Origin: a virus
IMG/VR virus record: IMGVR_UViG_3300045988_107203
Span: 15,075-79,074 of that record
Reading direction: 5' to 3' (one strand)
Length of the DNA stretch: 64,000 nucleotides
Of the stretch, positions 46,401 to 55,221 are shown in pieces. Positions within the stretch are counted from its first letter, which is position 1, and every line of letters begins with the position of its first letter. The translations under genes were made by a program, and so were the position numbers. The notes under the pieces were generated by a model. It saw only the letters and a program-made list of their open reading frames with translations. It had not been told where the DNA came from and searched no databases.

Positions 46401-49400
46401 CCTCCCAACATAAGTGTCTTCAGCGCAGCTTCTCCTCCAGACTCGCTCTGAATCGTTCTTAATTTTTGCAAAAACGATTCTGATACGGCATTAGTGGCAT
46501 TATTTGATTCTTTTCTCCAAACTTCATTTATAGCTTGTATTTCTTTGGCCATCTTAAGTTGGTCGCCGGTTTTTTCCACTCTCCTGGTTCCTACATATAT
46601 GTATTCTGAAGCTGCTTCTTTACGTTGTTTACGAAGCAGTCCTTCTTCTTCGTAATTGCTGCTTTTAAAATAGGCAACTTCATCAAAATTACCACCGCTA
46701 TCAATAAAAGGCTGCCTCAGTATCCGTTTTTGCCTGGATAGAGCATTAAGGTATTCTTTGGTTGTTTGAGAAACTGGATGCCCTAATTCTTCTTCAGCCT
46801 TTTTGTATATGGATTCCATTCTTGTGGCATAACTTTCACTAAATTCCAGTTCCGAATTTTCAGCATCCCACTTTTCCATCTGTTCCGTATAGATCTTTTC
46901 CTGCTCGATGGTAAAAATATCGGTATTAACCCTATCAGACGATGGTTTGAATTTAGCGTTTTCAGTAACCGTATTTCCATCCTTGTCAACTACTTCTCTT
47001 TTAAATACGTAATTACGGTTATTGTCAACCACATCACCAATTTCTTCTTCTGATATCTCTATGTTCATGGCAGTCGCAAACGCTCGCATCTGCGCCAGCT
47101 TCTTATTACGATCGTATTTAGCCATATCAAGAGCACTACGAAGGTAATTAGAAGTTTTGCCGTCTACTTTCTGAAGCAGTTTTTCAAATTCAGATTTGTT
47201 AAAACCATGCTTTTTAGCATATGCCAGGAAGTCGGATATGGCGGGCTGGGCATTCACCATCGCATTGTAATTGTCTTTGGCAATCATAGCTCCAAGAGCG
47301 TTATTGAACGGGCTGGAGGAATGTTCTAATATACCGAACCACCTACTTATCCAAGAAACATCGTGTTGAACCTTGTCGAAAAATTCTTTTACTCTCTTTA
47401 CCTTATCTGCCGGCACATGAAGTTCGTTCATTAACTTATCAAGCAACGTACTTTCATCAAGGTCTTGTACTGATTTAATATCAGACTGAATACCATTGAT
47501 GTCGGCAATGACGGTATTGATCCTATTTGTATAATCCTGCTTTTCACGTTCATCAAATTCGGTACTTCTGTTACGGATATATCCTCGAAGATCGTTCATG
47601 ATCGGAAGAACCTGATTGTTGATAATATCTACGTTCTTTCGATCATTGGTATTGAAGTGAAGCTTACCGTCTTTGGTATCACCATGAAGGATGGTGTTCA
47701 CCGCATTACTTAAGTATCTGACCTGAGCTTCGGCTGTGGAGATCATGCTGTTCATGGCAGCCGCCATCTCATTCTTGTCTATTTCGGTCTCTACCTTATT
47801 TATCTTATCTTCTATGGTCTTAAGCTGAGCAAGGGTCATAGACGTAGTTACAGCCCTATCAGAGCTTATCTGACGTAAGTCTCTTAATGTTTTTCTTAGT
47901 GATCTGATCTTGGACTCAAGAAACTTGTTCTTGTTCATAGAAGAAAGGGAGTATAATGTAAAGTCATTATCCTTTAACAGAGAAGTGTCAAATCCTTTAT
48001 CTATGTCAGTAATGGCAAGATCACGAATGTTTTTAATAACGTTATTCAAATCTTGTCTTTGGGTTGATAAAGCTGATTTAAGCCAGCTTACGATTCCAGA
48101 GAAAAGCTGCCGGACGCGCCCCAGGAAGGAGGTGGGCTCTACCGGAGCCTGTGCTGTGCCGGTCTGCATCTCCCTGGCGAGGATCTTTCCAAGAATTTCT
48201 CTCCTAACAGCATTATCAAGCTCAGCTCCTTCATATACCTTACCGTATGTATTATAATACTGACCTGCATACTGGTTCCACTCTTCCGTACCTTCCACAT
48301 CTTGCAGAACAGCCTCAACAGCATTCTGATCTCTGTATGCCTCTACAAGGAAGTGGGCTGTTTCTTCTACTAAATCAGATAAAGTAGCATCTTCACCAAC
48401 TGCTATTACGTTATTAGCAATATCCGCCAATGCCTTAGCAGAAGGTTCGTGCCCGTATTTGGCTTGGTACTTCTCTATATAGTCGGTCATACCTATGACA
48501 CTAACGCCAAGCGTTTTCAGTATCTCGACAATAGAATTTCGTTGGTCACGTTCCTGCCTGCTATAATCTGATACGATCTTAGCTTTAGTATCAGCATAAA
48601 GATCGTTATCTTCTAATATGAATGAAACTACAAGCGCATCAAAATGATCGTACTTGGCGTCCAATTCATTGTATCTTCCTGACTTAAGATCGTTCTTTAT
48701 CTGTTCCCTACTAACCCTTTCCGTTCCTCCGGTGGCGAGTCTCATAGTTACCTTACTGTTATCCGACGAGCTTATGGTTATCATACCTTGGTCGTTCATG
48801 GAAACATCGGAACCAAAATGATTACGGAGCTCGGTGTATGATAAGGCTGAATTGAAAAGTCTAATTTGTCCTGTATAACCTTCTCCTGTAAGATAATAGC
48901 TTCTTGTTTCAGAATCGAATATCTTAGATCCTGATAAAAGACCTTTCTTTATAAGGTAGTTAATTATCCCGCCTTTTGTTGATAAAGAAGTAGAAGCAGA
49001 AGCGGTCATGACCGGTATAAAAGACTTGGGATTATTAAGAACATACTTTCCAGCCTTGTAAGTAATGTCTGCCACTCCATCCACGGTAGATTCTTGAACG
49101 ATGCCTGATAAGAATCCTATTCTGATATCATTCCCGCCAGAGCGAAGAGCTTCTCCGTAATCTTCAAATAATTGATTACGATCATTCATAAAAAACAAAC
49201 GAGGTTCTCCAGTCTGATACGTTACACCCACAGGATTAGAATCTGTTTCTGGTAGCTCTTCTGGACTAAATATCTTAAGACCGTCTTTTATAACCATATA
49301 ATTAACATCATTATCCTGTACCATAGATACGGGAGTGAAGTCCGAAGATATAGCATCTTGTAGATACTGCCCTGAGTCTATTCCTGGTTCTTCCGGCACG

Positions 49401-49825
49401 GAGATACTTGACGGAACCATAGCATCCACCAACATAATATTATCACCCAGATCTTGGCTATAAAATCCAAAGCCTGATTCTTGAATCCCATAAGGTGCAT
49501 CTGATTTCGACACAAGAATAGGGTTGCTCATCTTAGAAGCCTTATCCAGCACCCTTTCTCTATAGGTCTCTGGAATAAGGCCGATGTTAGATTTTACCTT
49601 ATTGTAAGCCTGTTTGTTGATAGGCACATTCCTTCTCCAGTCACCAAAAGCCTTTAAGAACTTGTTGGAAAATACGGTTTTAAAAACAGTAGTAGCCCGT
49701 TCCCTGTTCTCCATAAGAGGAATAGATGCTATTTTATCAAATAACATAGACCTATCCCCTGATCTGGTAGAGACAGAAACAACTTTCTTTTTATTATCTC
49801 TTTTAATAATACACGTTGATGCCAT
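43403..49825 (-). CDS. giant virion-type protein (2140 aa), function unknown
   Basis: single uninterrupted ORF of 6.4 kb; no RNAP DxDGD or other catalytic motif recognised by eye. Confidence 0.85.
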   Translation of the reverse strand: MASTCIIKRDNKKKVVSVSTRSGDRSMLFDKIASIPLMENRERATTVFKTVFSNKFLKAFGDWRRNVPINKQAYNKVKSNIGLIPETYRERVLDKASKMSNPILVSKSDAPYGIQESGFGFYSQDLGDNIMLVDAMVPSSISVPEEPGIDSGQYLQDAISSDFTPVSMVQDNDVNYMVIKDGLKIFSPEELPETDSNPVGVTYQTGEPRLFFMNDRNQLFEDYGEALRSGGNDIRIGFLSGIVQESTVDGVADITYKAGKYVLNNPKSFIPVMTASASTSLSTKGGIINYLIKKGLLSGSKIFDSETRSYYLTGEGYTGQIRLFNSALSYTELRNHFGSDVSMNDQGMITISSSDNSKVTMRLATGGTERVSREQIKNDLKSGRYNELDAKYDHFDALVVSFILEDNDLYADTKAKIVSDYSRQERDQRNSIVEILKTLGVSVIGMTDYIEKYQAKYGHEPSAKALADIANNVIAVGEDATLSDLVEETAHFLVEAYRDQNAVEAVLQDVEGTEEWNQYAGQYYNTYGKVYEGAELDNAVRREILGKILAREMQTGTAQAPVEPTSFLGRVRQLFSGIVSWLKSALSTQRQDLNNVIKNIRDLAITDIDKGFDTSLLKDNDFTLYSLSSMNKNKFLESKIRSLRKTLRDLRQISSDRAVTTSMTLAQLKTIEDKINKVETEIDKNEMAAAMNSMISTAEAQVRYLSNAVNTILHGDTKDGKLHFNTNDRKNVDIINNQVLPIMNDLRGYIRNRSTEFDEREKQDYTNRINTVIADINGIQSDIKSVQDLDESTLLDKLMNELHVPADKVKRVKEFFDKVQHDVSWISRWFGILEHSSSPFNNALGAMIAKDNYNAMVNAQPAISDFLAYAKKHGFNKSEFEKLLQKVDGKTSNYLRSALDMAKYDRNKKLAQMRAFATAMNIEISEEEIGDVVDNNRNYVFKREVVDKDGNTVTENAKFKPSSDRVNTDIFTIEQEKIYTEQMEKWDAENSELEFSESYATRMESIYKKAEEELGHPVSQTTKEYLNALSRQKRILRQPFIDSGGNFDEVAYFKSSNYEEEGLLRKQRKEAASEYIYVGTRRVEKTGDQLKMAKEIQAINEVWRKESNNATNAVSESFLQKLRTIQSESGGEAALKTLMLGGHLSFNDRFWNDVESEQSARTESNNKASYLKMAHDIISSTTSDRDATDVDSIVKDIEKNKAIIKEIIGNNRDVADIGEINEATFTSSERDAFRAASEAIEADYAILIDYAKMVGLEDIDKYLTKSSKAENEVNQSYLNALADSKEVEWKFVQRHTTAKKAKRIQALRDKLFKAADNRYLFTVSETNYLSEKLGISKELDGRDFRNAVNAKMASLFLNNTREEGVEEANAIVNEFARGQVFSYYKRMAPTGYAAMIDKIGRGEIDVAQMVKDVQNGTSTQDYGMNISYLSFDPARAWVAESEAENNGRNPDYVKDHGYGHRMPKKSLYRDESYFNDFGIKYDADGNEVATKNVEQWNMIQKLKEIKRQSLDLYKEQSPNLYAIPQISKQDIERIEGLGINFKNTVRNFVSDLCLDRVDDSLYGKTRQGEVYDPEDRLRSIPKYYIYELENQDDVSHDFGYSYSMLMMQSSLYNEKQKSIELAQGLEQMLLNKQFEGGKKAEATQAYQMFRDFFNDHYYGIRMNTKKLTVNIGGYTVDLTRIMMAVERFMSVMNLALSPFVAATGALTGHINLIMESAVGQYISKDSLKYASAEFSRLAPSCIAETGDIDRKSKLYVIGERMGIFNIRNRMYGAGYNRVARTLMRSPMYAFMEILNYPLDPQVMIATMDNVRYYKGRFYTFQDFKMEKERNKEQSTIKREWNALKDRTLWSIVDVVDGKVVVKPGSGVTVEEVETQMAITRNQVRSLSQICNGSLNEENRTAASRNWIARFMTAHRGWLVLAAQRLWKRRGFNFQTMQEEEGLSITLKNMIAKTFSLASESGMKNIIDAWNENKDNMNEVEKTNLKRLSVYAGTFLIMQAVSMLLAGWRDDDENEESWLTQFGSYVGFRTINEIASQMPFIMELNVVDIINDPFVMGRKLKDLTDLRNYSLDKVTSGTYKGESKLFRQLAKQTFIKQWYNIKTPEDVARAYNWWQQTNNKSMMFFIGATPDSEGDDDVSYK

Positions 49826-49883
49826 AATAAAACATTTTTGTTATGTGACAAAGGTAGCTAAAAATCAAGCATGTCATAAAAAA

Positions 49884-49917
49884 TTAAGCCATCTAACTTC
49901 TCAGTCTGATGGCTTAA
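49884..49917 (-). terminator. intrinsic terminator (10-bp perfect stem TTAAGCCATC/GATGGCTTAA + T6 on minus strand)
   Basis: perfect inverted repeat followed on minus strand by TTTTTTATGA; sits between small-gene islet and giant gene start. Confidence 0.65.
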
Positions 49918-49966
49918 AAATAATATGAAAAAAAATTATAATCTGACGCAAATCGTCAAGTTCAAC

Positions 49967-50287
49967 TTATGTATGTATGTAACCATCTCGGTGAATATAC
50001 CTTCCCGATTCAAAGCGCTCAATATCTTCAGGGCAAATAGGGCCCGAATCTTCTCTCCTGGCTTCAAACCAAAGCCCCGGCTTACGGAGCCGGCAGGTTA
50101 TGACGTATTTAAAGCAGTTGTGAGTAAAATGGAATACGGAGCCTACTGGGAAATACCTGGTAGTTTGAAACACTATTCTTTTTCGTTTAGTATCAAACAC
50201 TATATCTCCTACTACCTTAGTCACGTAATAGCTTATGCCATTTAACGTTTCATCTGTCTGCGGTATCCAATAATAACCTCGTGCCAT
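49967..50287 (-). CDS. hypothetical protein (106 aa)
   Basis: tiled minus-strand ORF. Confidence 0.5.
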   Translation of the reverse strand: MARGYYWIPQTDETLNGISYYVTKVVGDIVFDTKRKRIVFQTTRYFPVGSVFHFTHNCFKYVITCRLRKPGLWFEARREDSGPICPEDIERFESGRYIHRDGYIHT

Positions 50288-50315
50288 GCCACAAATATAA
50301 AAAAAATCGGATAAC

Positions 50316-50627
50316 TTACGTACCCGACTTTATTATTTGTTTAAATAGTCCAATTTCATCTATTTTTACATGACCGCTTTGCATACGACCATTATTAGGA
50401 TTGTAAAGAAAATTGAAACTACTTTCTTTTTCCTGTCTTTCAAAAGAACTGATATCCTTTCCTCTACGGGCTCTTTCAAAAGCTTTCTTGAACAACTTAC
50501 CTCTAAAGGTATTGACGAGGATCTTGGTAGCGTTATTGCCGGCTTTTACCATTGTTTTCCTTGTCTGGTCCTCCGAGACAAGGAAAACATACGATGCTGC
50601 TGCTTGTATGTCTTGTTTAGTAATCAT
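50316..50627 (-). CDS. hypothetical protein (103 aa)
   Basis: tiled minus-strand ORF. Confidence 0.5.
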   Translation of the reverse strand: MITKQDIQAAASYVFLVSEDQTRKTMVKAGNNATKILVNTFRGKLFKKAFERARRGKDISSFERQEKESSFNFLYNPNNGRMQSGHVKIDEIGLFKQIIKSGT

Positions 50628-50974
50628 ATGATAAACATTTCTTTCAGAATACTGATCTTTATTCCGTATATCAATTTCATCTCATCTCTATCATATACGT
50701 CAAAAAAGGATTCACTGGGGTCCTTTGGATTTACGTTCAATTGAATTATGCAATTACCAGTATAAACCTTAAGCCTATAATTATCGGAGTATATATTCTG
50801 CATGATTTCAAATGTCTCAATTAAATTTTCAACAAGTGCTCTGTTAAATGAAAAAGATTCTTTACCATCACCTTTAAATGTGATATGATCTAAATCCCTG
50901 TTGTCAAATTCATACTCTAATTGATTGCCGTCCATCATATCATAAAATATTGACTTTCTGATTATAAATCCCAT
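50624..50974 (-). CDS. hypothetical protein (116 aa)
   Basis: ATGA coupling. Confidence 0.5.
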   Translation of the reverse strand: MGFIIRKSIFYDMMDGNQLEYEFDNRDLDHITFKGDGKESFSFNRALVENLIETFEIMQNIYSDNYRLKVYTGNCIIQLNVNPKDPSESFFDVYDRDEMKLIYGIKISILKEMFII

Positions 50975-50991
50975 ATTGTTTTATTTTTTAG

Positions 50992-51297
50992 TTAATACAA
51001 ATCTTCTGAATACAACTGTTCTCTAATGGCATTCCTATCTACCACCATCTCCTGATTATTGTTTCTAACAAGTTCAGACGCTTCCTCTCTTGTTAAAAAC
51101 CGGTTCTTGCTTGTCAAAAATCCTTGAACACTGCGGTTTTTATGAGCTATACCGTATGCCGCAAGTTGCGATATTATGGAACAGTGTCTCAATCCACAAA
51201 ATACGGTTCCAGATGGTATATTTACTGGACCGTGAGGCTTGTTCTTGTAATCTTGAACCCAGATAGCTGCGCATATAACAATTTCCTTATCACACAT
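50992..51297 (-). CDS. hypothetical protein (101 aa)
   Basis: tiled ORF. Confidence 0.5.
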   Translation of the reverse strand: MCDKEIVICAAIWVQDYKNKPHGPVNIPSGTVFCGLRHCSIISQLAAYGIAHKNRSVQGFLTSKNRFLTREEASELVRNNNQEMVVDRNAIREQLYSEDLY

Positions 51298-51300
51298 AAA

Positions 51301-51591
51301 TCAATAATTTAAAATACCATTTTTACCAATATGCTTCTTTTCTTCTTCAGTAGGCCATTCCTTCTTGAAATTACCATGCCACGTTCCAGGAACTACCACC
51401 AATTCGTCCCCCTTACTATATTCAATAGCGGCACATTCAGAACAAAGAGGCTTGCCTTCATATCCCTTTAGCGACTTATCGTAAATACGATTCTTACAAG
51501 GTCTTATAAGAGCCCAGTAATATGATGTGGCTGTATTATCTATACAGCCACACTTTGAACATACAAACAAACTCATTTCGTAATCTCCCAA
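51301..51591 (-). CDS. zinc-ribbon protein (96 aa; CSKCGC...CSEC)
   Basis: two CxxC pairs. Confidence 0.5.
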   Translation of the reverse strand: MGDYEMSLFVCSKCGCIDNTATSYYWALIRPCKNRIYDKSLKGYEGKPLCSECAAIEYSKGDELVVVPGTWHGNFKKEWPTEEEKKHIGKNGILNY

Positions 51592-52337
51592 TCATTCGAC
51601 GATATATCTTCTATACTTGGGTTCCACGATGTCAGCCTCCGTGTTTCTTCATTTATAATTATGATCAATGACTTTTCCATATGAATTGAGCTAACACCAC
51701 TTCTTCTAAAAGCATCAAGATGTTCATTTTTCCATCCACGTCTTTTGATCATATTACCACCTTTCAGGAATTTAAAAGCTTCTTCAAATGTTAAACCTGA
51801 CTTCTTTTGATTAAGATACTGTTCAAGTCTGTCGGCAGCTTCATTTGGTGTATGGCCATCGTATTCGAAAGCGGTTTCTCTTTCAGGAACATCAAACAAA
51901 TCCCAGTATTTGCTTTCATAGTGATTAGATACCTGACCGGTAGGTAGGATCGCCATCACAATAAACCAATCATCAGAACCGAAGCATTTTTCTCCGTCAC
52001 TGTGCTTTCTTGATTTGCAAACTTCAACCTGTCCGTTTCTGGCTAATAGATTAAAGAAGGCGGCGTTATACAACATGCGGTACCGATACAATTCATTGAA
52101 AGTATGGTATCCATCAGAAACCTCTCCCATGTCTCCAGGTTCTGCTTCAGGTTCAGGATGATTCGGGTAGTGGTAGTCTACTGATGCCTCTAACACGGAC
52201 TTTACGTGTTCCATTACCCTCGTAGCATCATCATGTTTAAAAAAATGCTTAATTCCTTCAACGAATTTAATATCTTCGTTGATTGCTGATTCGAACTCTT
52301 CTTTAGTCATTACCCTGACTGAATCTTTTAATTCCAT
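51573..52337 (-). CDS. protein with C-terminal DUF2829 (Tad2-like) domain (254 aa)
   Basis: C-terminus LTFEEAFKFLKGGNMIKRRGWKNEHL...SWNPSIEDISSNDWEI matches DUF2829 pattern FGEAlealKqGkkvaRkGW...W-pSq-D-la-DWEiv. Confidence 0.55.
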   Translation of the reverse strand: MELKDSVRVMTKEEFESAINEDIKFVEGIKHFFKHDDATRVMEHVKSVLEASVDYHYPNHPEPEAEPGDMGEVSDGYHTFNELYRYRMLYNAAFFNLLARNGQVEVCKSRKHSDGEKCFGSDDWFIVMAILPTGQVSNHYESKYWDLFDVPERETAFEYDGHTPNEAADRLEQYLNQKKSGLTFEEAFKFLKGGNMIKRRGWKNEHLDAFRRSGVSSIHMEKSLIIIINEETRRLTSWNPSIEDISSNDWEITK

Positions 52338-52567
52338 TATTTGTAATATTTTAATTGTTCTGAAATCCTATATTTACTTATATCATCGCACAAGTTACAC
52401 CCTCCTGTACATCCACAAATCAAACAATACGAGTCTCTTTCTGTCTTCGATTTGGATTGAAAATCTCTTACGGCTTTAATCCAGATAGGAGAAATAATCT
52501 TACCGGAAAATACAGGTACATCTAAGATTAATGTTTCCATTATTTTGGCAAAATATTCATATAACAT
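52337..52567 (-). CDS. small Cys-rich protein (76 aa; CLICGCTGGCNLC)
   Basis: tiled ORF. Confidence 0.45.
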   Translation of the reverse strand: MLYEYFAKIMETLILDVPVFSGKIISPIWIKAVRDFQSKSKTERDSYCLICGCTGGCNLCDDISKYRISEQLKYYK

Positions 52568-52755
52568 GGCACATCTACCACATCTCTTCTACGAAGTTCC
52601 TTATCAAAATAAGAAACTATATAAGTGTTTTTACCTTCGTGATCAGGTCTGGGATCAAAGCATTCAAAAACGAATCTTGTTCTACCTTCAAGATGACCAA
52701 ACATGAAAACAAATTCGCCACCGTATCTTTTATTAGCCAATTCTTCTACAGTCAT
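52540..52755 (-). CDS. hypothetical protein (71 aa)
   Basis: tiled ORF. Confidence 0.45.
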   Translation of the reverse strand: MTVEELANKRYGGEFVFMFGHLEGRTRFVFECFDPRPDHEGKNTYIVSYFDKELRRRDVVDVPCYMNILPK

Positions 52756-52979
52756 AACCTATCCCCTCCTAATCCTGAATTGATGCTAACATACTTAACA
52801 CGGACATCATTTCCACGTCCAAGCTGACCCCATCCGGGCGATGGCGTTCCCTTAGCCGGAGCAGGGACAGCCCTAAGCCGAGACCAGTCCTGCTTTTGCC
52901 TCATGGCTTCAGCCTCTTTATAATACCGGTTGCACAGTTCTTGATCTTCGTAACCAACGTAATCTTCCTTATTTTCCAT
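52752..52979 (-). CDS. hypothetical protein (75 aa)
   Basis: ATGA coupling. Confidence 0.45.
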   Translation of the reverse strand: MENKEDYVGYEDQELCNRYYKEAEAMRQKQDWSRLRAVPAPAKGTPSPGWGQLGRGNDVRVKYVSINSGLGGDRL

Positions 52980-53048
52980 ATAGAATAGTTTTTCAACAAA
53001 TGTACGACATTCATAAATTAATTAGATTTAAAATAAAACAATATGAAT

Positions 53049-53084
53049 TAAAATAAAAACCCGATACGTTAAAATCGCATCGGG
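53049..53084 (-). terminator. hairpin CCCGATGCG...CGTATCGGG + T-rich tail on minus strand
   Basis: inverted repeat followed (minus strand) by TTTTTATTTTA. Confidence 0.5.
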
Positions 53085-53447
53085 CCTGGTATTGAAAAAA
53101 AATAGGTTCAGATCTTGGGTAAAGATTCGAGCCAATTTTTAACATCTTTATATTTAGGGTCTTTGTCTATTCTATCTTTCAGTTCATGCAATGCTGAGTC
53201 CATAACCGTATTCGGTACGCCAATCAACTCTCCTATTAAATACAATGGGGTTTTATTCGATTTAGATTCGTGTGCTATATTCATGTCAAAAAAAAGTTAT
53301 GTGAAACAAACCGGCCACGGGTATTCTATTGCCCGCCGACCGGTATAATATTTTTATTCCTTTTTTTCCAAACGGGAAAAACGGGAATGCGGGAATCATA
53401 TTTTTTACTATGGCTCCCGCACCACCGGAAGGACCTGGATCTGGATC

Positions 53448-53741
53448 TCAGGTCAGATCCTTCCAGTTTATTTTTTCGCCGAGGTAATCTTGCACGGCAA
53501 GCCATCTTATAAAGGCTACTCCTTCGGGAGCATCCGGATCATCCAAATACATTAACGTAGCTTTCACCAACTCGTTCTCACATTTGAAGACCTTCGGAAA
53601 ACCATCCGAATAGTACATTGCAAAGACATATTGGACATCGCCCCATGTCGCTTTATCCGGCTTCTTCGCTCCGCACTTTTCAAAAATATCTTTTATTTCC
53701 GGCTGCTTCCAGATCCTCTTGGATCCATCGACGTTGACCAT
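53448..53741 (-). CDS. hypothetical protein (97 aa)
   Basis: ORF in track. Confidence 0.45.
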   Translation of the reverse strand: MVNVDGSKRIWKQPEIKDIFEKCGAKKPDKATWGDVQYVFAMYYSDGFPKVFKCENELVKATLMYLDDPDAPEGVAFIRWLAVQDYLGEKINWKDLT

Positions 53742-53819
53742 CTTCTTTACCGCCTCATCAGCGAGAGCATTAGAAAAATGGTAGCCGTAAGTATCTACAT
53801 ATTTCTGATAAGCTGGATC

Positions 53820-54558
53820 CTCTGCGTCTGCTCCTCAATAAGAACGACCTCTGCCACGTCCGCGACCTCTACGCATCTGAGGTCCGTCACCGTAGTATCT
53901 GTCGTCTCCATTTGTACCACTGATTTACTGATTTCATAACCCGTCCGTTTATAATGAAAGAATTAACTACATTACTAATACATGAACATAAATTATTCAA
54001 TCCTAAATCAATCGAAAGAAAATTGTCTTTATCTAAACCAAGATCAGCTTCCTTTCTTTCATAAACTACCTCTACTACATAACAGGTAGCTTGAGGTATG
54101 ATTCTAACTTGTTTTAATTCATCTTTCTTTACATTTGTTTTGATTGATTCGATCACGTTTTTAACAAAATGAATATGATTATCATCTTTTATCCTGCAAT
54201 CACAGTTAGTAAAAACAACCATGTTTTGTTTCTTACCTCGTTTGTATGAAGGTAGATGAGGACGATGATTACCATATTTTGAAGGATTCTTTTCAAAATC
54301 TTTCTTTAATCTCATCCAGGATTTTATATTTTTAAATACCTGTTTAATCACCTGCTGTGAAACATGATTAGGCAAATTCCTGAAATCGAATTGGTTTTCT
54401 TTGCAAAGTTTGTTTGATAAATCAAATTCCTTTAAATAGTTACCAGAAAATATTTCTTGACGGATATTGTAAAGAACATAATTGTACAACAAACCTGATT
54501 TGAGGCAAATATCCTCAAAACGGTTGTCTTTAACTATATGTCTTTCAACTAATCTCAT
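53820..54558 (-). pseudogene. tnpB: TnpB N-terminal remnant (HTH-like region + RuvC-I), truncated/frameshifted
   Basis: ORF 53887-54558: NRFEDICLKSGLLYNYVLYNIRQ, RuvC-I LSIDLGLNNL; after stop a +1 frame gives GPQMRRGRGRGRGRSY (cf. GSNNRRRR of intact TnpB) then ends; RuvC-II/ZnF/RuvC-III absent here. Confidence 0.7.
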
Positions 54559-55221
54559 TTGAATGATTTATGATATGAATATAATCATTTTTAATAAGAT
54601 GAGCAAAATATTACACCATCTCGTCGTTCATTGTTTCTGGAACAAAAATAGGAACAGGATCTTAAATAGCAAATATTTTAATACTTCTTAAAACAAACCA
54701 GAGCCCGCATCACTGCGAGCCCTGATCTCTAAACTAATACCATGAAAAACTTAAATCTAAAAACTAAAGAACACACAAATGTATGAAAATGTATGGTTTT
54801 CACAAAGAATCTGTATCCTGTTCTTTTGTGTGATTCAAGACATGGGATATAGTTCTGATACTTAATCCGGTTTGATTTTGTATCAGATTATAAATATAGG
54901 ATTTTGAAACTACAGTTCTTAATTGACCTAAATCATTCATAATGTTTTTATACATAAGATGAATGCTGTTGTTACGTTTGATGGTACTGATTCTCATTTC
55001 CTACTGTTATTAGTTACGTTCGGTTCTTACTTTTTCCTTATTTCCATAATCCCTTCCTGAAACTAATATTGCAAACTTAATAAAAATAATTCATAAACAA
55101 TGAAAATCTAACTTTTCTTGTATGTTATTGATATACGTACATATATGAGAAAAGTGAGACTTTCACAAGCCTCACTTCCCAAATTATAACTATGAAAAAA
55201 CTATATATATGTATACAAAAA

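Noticed and set aside
43766-48324. Multiple 60-150 aa plus-strand ORFs inside the 2140-aa gene, and similar ones inside 55222-63917
   Set aside because: They are antisense, embedded in long uninterrupted minus-strand coding sequence with strong coding periodicity. Spurious.
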